A stretch of DNA of 64,000 bases from Bacillota bacterium (GTDB lineage: Bacteria; Bacillota; Dethiobacteria; DTU022; UBA8154), in the NCBI GenBank assembly GCA_012798755.1, contig JAAZMP010000098.1, positions 89,016 through 153,015 of the forward strand. The letters are read 5' to 3'. Shown here piece by piece: positions 49,349 to 57,002 of this stretch; position 1 is the first letter of the stretch; every line of letters starts with the position of its first letter. The notes under the pieces were generated by a model. That model searched no databases and had not been told where the DNA came from. It was given only the letters and a program-made list of their open reading frames with translations. Made by a program: the position numbers and the translations under genes.

Positions 49349-49426
49349 TACATTCTCAAATATTTATATATTATACCTATGCAAACTATTATGTGTAGAG
49401 CAACTAATCTGCAGATAAATTTTAAT

Positions 49427-49451
49427 CAAAAAAAACACCCCGTGAGGGGTG
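49427..49451 (-). terminator. Rho-independent terminator of the molybdoenzyme operon
   Basis: Minus strand reads CACCCCUCACGGGGUG followed by UUUUUUUUGAUU, about 80 nt after the large-subunit stop. Confidence 0.8.
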
Positions 49452-49527
49452 ACCAAATTAAAATATAAGAGTTTTGCTTTTACATACACCTTGCTAAAGG
49501 AACTTTTAACTACTTAAAATAATGGTG

Positions 49528-51891
49528 CTATTCTTTTTTATCCATAAAGGCTTGGAGCACTCTTTCAGGGGTTAAGGGAAGTTCTTTTATCCTTAGACCG
49601 GTTGCATCATAGACAGCATTTGCTATTGCTGCTATTGCCGCCGAGCGGGAAGATTCACCTACTTCCTTGGCCCCAAATGGTCCTTTTGGATCATTGGTAA
49701 TTATATGGTTAACATTTATTTCCTCGGGTATATCCAACGTTCCGGGGATCTTATAATCAGTCAATGTAGGATTGACTATTCGTCCATTTTCAATAATAAT
49801 TTGCTCAAATAAAGCATCCCCAAGCCCTTGGACGGCCTGGCTTTCTACTTGGCCCTCTACAGCCAGCGGGTTTATAGGGTACCCACAGTCCTCCGCACTG
49901 GTAAGTTTGAGCACTTTAACTTTTCCTGTTTCTTTGTCCACCTCAACTTCTGCAATGATGATGGAAAAAGTGTAGGCATTGGTCCAGCGCCCTGTTCCTT
50001 TAGAAAGACTTGGGTAAAACTCAACTTCCGGCACAGGTTTGCAGAACCCTTTTCCCAAGATAGGATCGCCGTTGCGCGCCTGAATGCTGTTTATCATCAA
50101 TTCAGCAAAGGTCATCGCCTTTTCCGGATCACTTTTGGCATAAACTTTGCGATCCTTAAGCACCAGATCATCTTCCTTAACTTCCAGCCACCCTGATGCA
50201 AAATCCAGAATTTGTTCCCTTACGTTAACAGCAGCTTTCCTGACAGCCTCCCCGGTAACGAAAATACCGCCGCTGAGCCAGTTTCCATGATCAATGGGGC
50301 ACAACTCTGAATCCGCAGAAACCAAAATTATGTCGTCTAAACCCACACCTAGTTCTTCAGCAGCTATTTGTGACATAGCAGTATCCGATCCCTGCCCAAA
50401 TTCAATAGCACCGCAAAACAAGGTAAAAGTTCCATCAGGATTAAGTTTCATTGTTGCTGCGGCTCCAAAGGGATAGTACTGGGCACCATTAAACATAGCA
50501 GCAACCCCAATACCGATGCCGCGATTTTTGTCCCTGCCTTTGCCTCGTTTTTCCTTCCAACCACTTACCTCCATAGCCTTTTGGATACCTTCCGCAAGCC
50601 CGCAACTATGCAAAGTATCCCCGTTAGGTAGAACATCGCCTTTTTTTCTAAAATTTTTGAGTCTAAGTTCTGCCGGATCCAGGCCCAAATCTTCAGCAAT
50701 TTGATCTAGTTGAGATTCGACAGAAAAAGACATCTGGGGTGAACCGTGGCCCCTTCTGGGCATACAGATCGACTTATTGGTATAAACCCCGATCCCTTCG
50801 TGCTTGGCATTTGGTATGTTATATATCGGGCGTCGGAAACCATGTGTAAGAAAAAGAACAACGGGAGAACTACCCCGGTAAGCCCCGGGATCATCAATAG
50901 CTTTAATTTCCTGGGCCATAATAGTGCCGTCTTTTTTGACGCCTGTTTTTACATTTATTATAAAACGGTGGCTTAACCGGCACGCTATAAAAACTTCTTC
51001 ACGCGTCAATGATATTTTTACTGGTCGCAGTGTCATCCTGGAAAGAAAAGCCGCCAAAAACTCATAGGAAAATGGATCGATTTTACCGCCAAAAGCGCCA
51101 CCTACATAGGCTTTACGAACTCTGACCCTGCTTATAGGAACATCGAGAGCCCGGGCCAACCAGTAGCGTTTTACTTCATAGCCCATATGTGTAAGCCAAA
51201 CATCAAATTTTTGGAAGGACGGATCCCAGTTTGCCAGCGCCACATGGGGTTCCATGGCCATATGCGATGTAGATGGAATATAAAATTTATCTTCCCGGAT
51301 ATACTCTGATTCTTTAAAACCTTTTTCAATATCGCCGTGCCCTTGTTGGCTTATGGCACAAATATTGTTTTCAGCTTTATAGGATCTGGCTTTTCTGGCC
51401 ACCCCCCAATCTTCCCAAGCGCAAGGCCTGTCAGGGACAATTTCATCGTGTATTTCTGGTGCACCATCCTGCATCGCTTCTTCCGGATCAAAAACAGCTG
51501 GCAGCTCCTCATATTCTACCTTAATCAAAGATAAAGCCTCATCAGCTATATCTTTGCTGGTTGCAGCTACAGCAGCTACTTCTTCACCAATATAGCGTAC
51601 TTTGTCTGTTGCCAAAACTAACTGATCAGCCGGATATCTTGGAGTGTCCACAAATCCATATCTTACCGGCCCGATATCTTTGGCTGTAATTACTGCCTTG
51701 ACCCCGGGCAATTTTTTAGCTTCGCTGGTATCAATATTTATAATTTTGGCATGGGGGTAAGGACTGCGGAGAATTCTACCCCATAGCATATTAGGAAGTT
51801 CCATATCATAAGTAAATTTTGCTCGTCCCGTAGCCTTAGCTATTCCATCCACCCTGGTTAAAGACTTGCCAACTACAGAATGTTTTTTCAT
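49528..51891 (-). CDS. Xanthine dehydrogenase / aldehyde oxidoreductase-family molybdopterin-binding large subunit (CoxL-like)
   Basis: 787 aa with the a/b hammerhead N-terminus (GKSLTRVDGIAKATGRAKFTYD) and Mo-cofactor domains. Confidence 0.85.
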   Translation of the reverse strand: MKKHSVVGKSLTRVDGIAKATGRAKFTYDMELPNMLWGRILRSPYPHAKIINIDTSEAKKLPGVKAVITAKDIGPVRYGFVDTPRYPADQLVLATDKVRYIGEEVAAVAATSKDIADEALSLIKVEYEELPAVFDPEEAMQDGAPEIHDEIVPDRPCAWEDWGVARKARSYKAENNICAISQQGHGDIEKGFKESEYIREDKFYIPSTSHMAMEPHVALANWDPSFQKFDVWLTHMGYEVKRYWLARALDVPISRVRVRKAYVGGAFGGKIDPFSYEFLAAFLSRMTLRPVKISLTREEVFIACRLSHRFIINVKTGVKKDGTIMAQEIKAIDDPGAYRGSSPVVLFLTHGFRRPIYNIPNAKHEGIGVYTNKSICMPRRGHGSPQMSFSVESQLDQIAEDLGLDPAELRLKNFRKKGDVLPNGDTLHSCGLAEGIQKAMEVSGWKEKRGKGRDKNRGIGIGVAAMFNGAQYYPFGAAATMKLNPDGTFTLFCGAIEFGQGSDTAMSQIAAEELGVGLDDIILVSADSELCPIDHGNWLSGGIFVTGEAVRKAAVNVREQILDFASGWLEVKEDDLVLKDRKVYAKSDPEKAMTFAELMINSIQARNGDPILGKGFCKPVPEVEFYPSLSKGTGRWTNAYTFSIIIAEVEVDKETGKVKVLKLTSAEDCGYPINPLAVEGQVESQAVQGLGDALFEQIIIENGRIVNPTLTDYKIPGTLDIPEEINVNHIITNDPKGPFGAKEVGESSRSAAIAAIANAVYDATGLRIKELPLTPERVLQAFMDKKE

Positions 51892-51895
51892 TGTG

Positions 51896-52414
51896 TTACT
51901 TGCCTCCTTTTGTTGCTGTTTTATTTTCCTGCATCATTTCCTGGCTGGCTGCAAGTACCGCATCTAAAATTCTAACATAACCGGTACACCGGCAAAGCAC
52001 TCCCTCCATTGCTTCCTTTGTTTCCATTCTTGTTGGTTTGGGGTTTTTTTCCAGAAAGGATTTAGCTGCCAAGATCATCCCCGGGGTGCAAAAACCGCAC
52101 TGAATGGCCCCATGATCTACAAAAGCCTTTTGAAGCGGGTGTAATTTTTCCCCTTCGGCAACACCTTCGATAGTTAATATATCTTTGCCATTTGCATCTA
52201 CAGCTAACACCAAACAGGAGTTGACCGGTTTGCCATCAAGAATTACTAAGCAGTTTCCACATTCTCCGGTACCGCAGGATTCTTTAGCGCCTGTCAGCCC
52301 GGCCTCTTCTCTGATAACTTCCACCAAGGTTCTCCAGGGTTCTACATTGAATTCATAATGTTCTCCATTAATTGTTAGTTCAATTCGTTTTTTCATGAAA
52401 TTTATACCCCCCAT
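51896..52414 (-). CDS. Mo-hydroxylase [2Fe-2S] small subunit (CoxS-like)
   Basis: A plant-type cluster (CGTGECGNC) and a second cluster (CGFCTPG...CRCTGY). The start is probably the internal MKKRIELTING at about 52396. Confidence 0.9.
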   Translation of the reverse strand: MGGINFMKKRIELTINGEHYEFNVEPWRTLVEVIREEAGLTGAKESCGTGECGNCLVILDGKPVNSCLVLAVDANGKDILTIEGVAEGEKLHPLQKAFVDHGAIQCGFCTPGMILAAKSFLEKNPKPTRMETKEAMEGVLCRCTGYVRILDAVLAASQEMMQENKTATKGGK

Positions 52415-52499
52415 ATAATGTTTTTAAAACCAGTTAAAACTTTCGGCACCTTCCCCTTGAGAAAGATGGAACAAAAGATTTTTTGGTTAAAAGGTTTTG

Positions 52500-53381
52500 T
52501 TAGATTGTTGCTTGTTTTATAGCCCGTATAGTTAAAACCCGTACCAATTCCCGTTTATAGTCGGGGCGGGTACGAGGCTTGGCTTCTTTGGAAGCAGCCA
52601 GTGCTGCTTTTTCTATGAGTTCCTGATCAAGAGTCTTTCCTTTGATTGTATTTTCCGCTTTGTGGGCACGCATAGGGGTAGGAGCTGTGGCCCCCAAAAC
52701 AATTTTGGCATCAACAACTTTAGCACGTTTTGCATCCATTGTAATAACAGTGCCAACACTGACCACAGCTACATCGGTAACCGACCTTTCGGGGTTCTTT
52801 AAATACACCCCAGCACTGTTGTCAGGTAAAACGGGCACCTGTATTTCTGTAACCATTTCACCATTTTGAAGAGCATTGACTTTCGAATCCACAAAAAAAT
52901 CCTCAACAAGCATAGTCCTGCTTCCTTCGACCCCTTGAATTTTTACCTTTGCCCCCAAGCAAATTAATAGCGGTGCTGAATCGGCTGCAGGCAAAGCATT
53001 GCAAAGATTGCCGGCCATGGTTGCCACATTGCGAGTTGTAGGCAATCCGGATTTTTCGGCAGCCTCAGCAACCAAAGGGAATTTTTCCTTAACTATTTTT
53101 GCGTCTTTTATTTCATTAAGAGTAGCCAGTGCACCTATCTGCAAAAGGCCTTCACCATTGTAACGGATATAATTAAGATCGGGAATCGTTTTGATGTTCA
53201 CTAAATATTTGGGACTTATTTCCCGCTTTTTCATGGAAACCAAAAGATCTGTTCCCCCAGCCAGGACCATAGCATCACCTTTGTACTTATGAAGAAGCGA
53301 ACAAGCTTCTTCAATTGTCTTTGGTTCAAAATATTCGAACTTTGGCAAATTCATTAAGTACCTCAAATCCGATGAATTCAT
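52500..53381 (-). CDS. Mo-hydroxylase FAD-binding medium subunit (CoxM-like)
   Basis: 293 aa with an FAD-binding PCMH-type domain (AGGTDLL...). The gene order medium-small-large is the coxMSL type. Confidence 0.85.
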   Translation of the reverse strand: MNSSDLRYLMNLPKFEYFEPKTIEEACSLLHKYKGDAMVLAGGTDLLVSMKKREISPKYLVNIKTIPDLNYIRYNGEGLLQIGALATLNEIKDAKIVKEKFPLVAEAAEKSGLPTTRNVATMAGNLCNALPAADSAPLLICLGAKVKIQGVEGSRTMLVEDFFVDSKVNALQNGEMVTEIQVPVLPDNSAGVYLKNPERSVTDVAVVSVGTVITMDAKRAKVVDAKIVLGATAPTPMRAHKAENTIKGKTLDQELIEKAALAASKEAKPRTRPDYKRELVRVLTIRAIKQATI

Positions 53382-53429
53382 TTCTCACAGCTCCTTTTCA
53401 AGTAATTTTTTAGAAACAATCTACTGTCC

Positions 53430-53468
53430 GTTTAGTAAAATCATATTAGAAATAATCCTTTTTGTCAA
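53430..53468 (-). promoter_or_regulatory. Consensus sigma-A promoter (GTATTGACAAA-17-TATGAT) with an overlapping TACTAAACGGACAGTA inverted repeat, upstream of the Mo-hydroxylase operon
   Basis: -35 at 53463..53468 and -10 at 53440..53445. TACT-N8-AGTA begins 2 nt after the -10. Confidence 0.6.
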
Positions 53469-53507
53469 TACCTTTAAAAGATTTTCTGAATTCTTCCTGG
53501 CAAAATT

Positions 53508-53535
53508 GGAAAAAATGCGCGCTAACGCGCGCTTA
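53508..53535 (-). terminator. Rho-independent terminator downstream of icd
   Basis: A GCGCGC/GCGCGC stem with a uaac loop, followed on the minus strand by AUUUUUUCC. Confidence 0.75.
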
Positions 53536-53671
53536 TGAAACTTGGGTTCGGGAAAAACGCACCATTTTCTCTTGTCATAACAGACAAGCCGAAAACGAAC
53601 TAGCTGTCAAATTTCTTAAAGATTCCCGCCAAGCATTATGATGAAGCTTTTCTATATGTTTATACCATATC

Positions 53672-54667
53672 TTACAATTTTTCTATAATCGCTTGTGTCA
53701 TCTGGGAAGTTGTTGCATCTCCACCCAGATCATAGGTAACAACTTTCCCCTCTGCTATTACGGCAGCCAGCGCTGTTTGTATCTTTTGTGCAATTTCTTC
53801 CTCTCCTATGTGCTGCAGCAGCATAACTGCCGAAAGGATAGTAGCCGTAGGGTTTACCCTATCTTGTCCGGCATATTTCGGTGCACTGCCGTGCACGGGT
53901 TCAAAAATAGCTATTTCTTCCCCAAAATTGGCACCGGGAGCAACCCCCAGGCCTCCAACCAGACCGGCACAAATATCGGAAATAATATCACCATAAAGAT
54001 TCAGCGTGACCATGACATCATAAAGTTCCGGCTTTACAACCAACTGCATGGACATATTATCAACAATGCGGTCTTCAAATTCTATATCAGGGTAATCTTT
54101 GGAAATTTCCCTGGCTACGGACAGGAAAAGGCCATCGGTATACTTCATAATGTTAGCCTTATGTACAGCAGTTACTTTCTTACGCTCATATTTACGCGCA
54201 TATTCGAAAGCAAACCGAACGATGCGCTCCGATCCTTTACGCGTAATAATTTTTATACTTTCCGCAGCATCATCACCAACCATATGCTCTATGCCGGCAT
54301 ATAGATCTTCTGTATTTTCTCTTACGATGACCAGATCGATGTTTTCATAACGGCTGTTAATACCTTTATAAGATCTGGTTGGCCTTAAATTAGCATATAG
54401 ATCAAGTTCCCTGCGCAGGGCAACATTTACACTGCGAAATCCTTCGCCTATGGGGGTGGTAAGCGGGCCTTTAAGAGCTACCTTGTTTTGCCTGATGGAT
54501 TCCAGGACATTTTCCGGCAGTACGCTGCCAACCCTTTCATAGGCTTTCAGACCTGCTTCTCTGATTTCCCAATTAATAGGCACCGCAGCGGCCTTAAAGA
54601 TCTCCTTTACAGAAGAAGTAAGTTCTGGTCCCGTTCCATCTCCGGGTATTAAAGTAACTTGGTACAT
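53672..54667 (-). CDS. icd: NAD(P)-dependent isocitrate / isopropylmalate dehydrogenase family enzyme (short, roughly 330-aa type)
   Basis: [16 protein letters not shown]-terminus and the NLYGDIISD motif. The tracked ORF starts 19 codons too early. Confidence 0.8.
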   Translation of the reverse strand: MYQVTLIPGDGTGPELTSSVKEIFKAAAVPINWEIREAGLKAYERVGSVLPENVLESIRQNKVALKGPLTTPIGEGFRSVNVALRRELDLYANLRPTRSYKGINSRYENIDLVIVRENTEDLYAGIEHMVGDDAAESIKIITRKGSERIVRFAFEYARKYERKKVTAVHKANIMKYTDGLFLSVAREISKDYPDIEFEDRIVDNMSMQLVVKPELYDVMVTLNLYGDIISDICAGLVGGLGVAPGANFGEEIAIFEPVHGSAPKYAGQDRVNPTATILSAVMLLQHIGEEEIAQKIQTALAAVIAEGKVVTYDLGGDATTSQMTQAIIEKL

Positions 54668-54748
54668 ATATATATCCTCCTGTCTCTTGGTTTGAACAAT
54701 GACTGGTTTTAGGGGCATTAACATTCGTTCCAGCTTATACCGTAAGTG

Positions 54749-55306
54749 TTATTTTGTTTGATAAATTTGTTGATAGCGCTTATAAGTCTTATCTACCTTT
54801 AGAACAAAAAACCGAGTTTCCGGGAAAGGGATATTGCCCAGTTCGTTTTTGGTACCATCCCACAGACCACTTTTTAGCCATCTGCTTACGTAGGTTCTCC
54901 CACCATTATAAGCTGCCAGGGCAGCATATTTATTACCATCGAATTGGCAAAAAAGATCTTGCAAATACCATGTCCCAATCGTGATATTTACCAGGGGATC
55001 GTATAACTTTTCTTCAGCAAAAGCTTCCATTCCGATTTGTTCGGCTACCCATAAACCCGTTTCGGGCATTATTTGCATCAATCCCAGGGCTCCTTTGGAG
55101 GATTTGGCTTTTTTGTCAAAACCACTTTCCACCCGCACAACAGCTGCAATAAAAAGGGGTTCAAGTCCATTTTTATGAGCTTCTTGAGTAATAATTTCGC
55201 TATAATGAAAAGGATATACCAAACGAGCAACAAAATTAGCCCGGGTGATAAACAGATACAAAAACAATAAAAATATAGCCAGGTAAACAATTTTAGATGG
55301 CTTCAA
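54749..55306 (-). CDS. Lytic transglycosylase (SLT domain) with an N-terminal signal/anchor
   Basis: Catalytic ES motif (VRVESGF) and the KGALGLMQIMPETG motif. Confidence 0.85.
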   Translation of the reverse strand: MKPSKIVYLAIFLLFLYLFITRANFVARLVYPFHYSEIITQEAHKNGLEPLFIAAVVRVESGFDKKAKSSKGALGLMQIMPETGLWVAEQIGMEAFAEEKLYDPLVNITIGTWYLQDLFCQFDGNKYAALAAYNGGRTYVSRWLKSGLWDGTKNELGNIPFPETRFFVLKVDKTYKRYQQIYQTK

Positions 55307-55455
55307 AAGACAAACACACCTTCGACAATATTAAAGAATTTGTCTGTTTTAATTGCTCATGCCAGTTACCCCATTTTAGCATAGGGTACCATGTTGTTCA
55401 GGGGAAATGCCGCAGCTGAAGTTAGTAAAAACATAACCAACAAGAGTAAGTACTT

Positions 55456-56106
55456 TTATATTTTGATCCTTTTCAGTTTTTCCCATAACACATCTATTTG
55501 TTTTTCTAAAAATTCCTTTGTACAGGCATTGTATAAGACATAATCTGCCGCCCTTACTTTTATCTCTAGATCGAGCTGCGATTTGATGCGCCTAAGTGCC
55601 TCATCTTCTGACAATCCGTCCCTATCTTTGAGCCTTTGAATTTGATCTTCCCGGTCAGAGGCAACCACAATAATATAATCCACAGCATCTTCATATCCGG
55701 CTTCAAAAAGAAGCGGAATGTCCCATATTTGAATTTTATTGGGATGGAGCTTTTCTAATTCTTTGCTTCTGGTGTGAAGCAGTTCTTCTACACGGGGATG
55801 CACGATTTTGTTTAATTTTTCCAGGGCCTGGTTGTTGTTAAAAACTATACCGGCGATTTTCCGGCGGTTTAGGCTGCTGTCAGCAGTTAAAACATCCTCT
55901 CCCAACCAAGATACTATTTCTTTCCAGGCCGGCTTTTTCGGTTCTACCACTTCCTTGGCCAGTTGATCCACATCGAGCAACAATGCTCCTTTGGCAGTCA
56001 ACATCTGCGCGACAGTTGACTTCCCGCAAGCTATGCCACCGGTTAAACCCGCCCTGAACAATGTTTCATCTCCTTTTCCGTTGAATAGCATGGCGATCTC
56101 ATGCAT
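55456..56106 (-). CDS. coaE: Dephospho-CoA kinase
   Basis: GLTGGIACGKSTV P-loop. The tracked ORF (to 56193) over-extends into mutM. The start is probably one of the internal Met codons between 56091 and 56133. Confidence 0.85.
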   Translation of the reverse strand: MHEIAMLFNGKGDETLFRAGLTGGIACGKSTVAQMLTAKGALLLDVDQLAKEVVEPKKPAWKEIVSWLGEDVLTADSSLNRRKIAGIVFNNNQALEKLNKIVHPRVEELLHTRSKELEKLHPNKIQIWDIPLLFEAGYEDAVDYIIVVASDREDQIQRLKDRDGLSEDEALRRIKSQLDLEIKVRAADYVLYNACTKEFLEKQIDVLWEKLKRIKI

Positions 56107-56171
56107 AACTGGATGTTTACAAACATATAACATATTTCTAACACACTTAATAAGGTTAAAACCCCAGGAAA

Positions 56172-56996
56172 TTATTTCTGACAGTAAGGGCAAAAATACG
56201 TTCCACGGCCGGAAACAACTATGCGTTCTATATTGTTACTGCATTTCGGACAGGCTGCACCTTTTTTTCTGTAAACCTGAAGTTTGTTTTGAAAATTTCC
56301 TGCAACCCCCTCCAGATTCCGGTAATCGGAGATGCTGGTGCCTCCTAAAGCAACCGCTTCCCGTAAAATATCGTTTATAGTTTCAAAAAGATATTTTTTT
56401 TCTTCCGCACCGAGGCTTCCTGTTCTTTTTTCCGGATGTATCCCTGCTCTGAAAAGAGTCTCATCAGTATAGATATTTCCCATCCCCATTATATTTTTCT
56501 GATCCAGAAAAAAGGTTTTTATTTTACTTCTTGGTTTTTTTTCCAACATCTGCAGAAATAAGTCTAAAGTAAAGTCGTCCTGCAAAGGATCGGGGCCTAA
56601 ACAAAAGGGTGCCGCCTTGTATAGCTCCTTTTCATCCCACAGTTTAAACGTGGCAAACTTGCGTATGTCCAGAAAATGAAGTTGGGATCCTCCATCAAAA
56701 TAAAAAACAACACCGGTATGCTTTTCCGGTCTGGTAGGCCCGGGATAAAAAGAAAAGCGCCCCGTCATACGCAAATGAACCTCCAAAACTTTGCCCCCGC
56801 TCAAATAAAAAAGAATATATTTACCCCTTCTTTTTACCTGTTTGATAATCAGCCCACAAATTTGGCCGGTGAATTCACTGACCGCTACACCGGCAAGCAT
56901 CCTTTCAAAAAAGAATTCCAGTCCAACGATTTTTTTTCCTGTTACAAGGTAATTTAAACCCCGCACTATACATTCTACCTCCGGTAGTTCCGGCAA
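56172..56996 (-). CDS. mutM: Formamidopyrimidine-DNA glycosylase
   Basis: MPELPEVE N-terminus (catalytic Pro2) and a C-terminal zinc finger (CPKC...CPYC). Confidence 0.95.
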   Translation of the reverse strand: MPELPEVECIVRGLNYLVTGKKIVGLEFFFERMLAGVAVSEFTGQICGLIIKQVKRRGKYILFYLSGGKVLEVHLRMTGRFSFYPGPTRPEKHTGVVFYFDGGSQLHFLDIRKFATFKLWDEKELYKAAPFCLGPDPLQDDFTLDLFLQMLEKKPRSKIKTFFLDQKNIMGMGNIYTDETLFRAGIHPEKRTGSLGAEEKKYLFETINDILREAVALGGTSISDYRNLEGVAGNFQNKLQVYRKKGAACPKCSNNIERIVVSGRGTYFCPYCQK

Positions 56997-57002
56997 AAAA
57001 AC

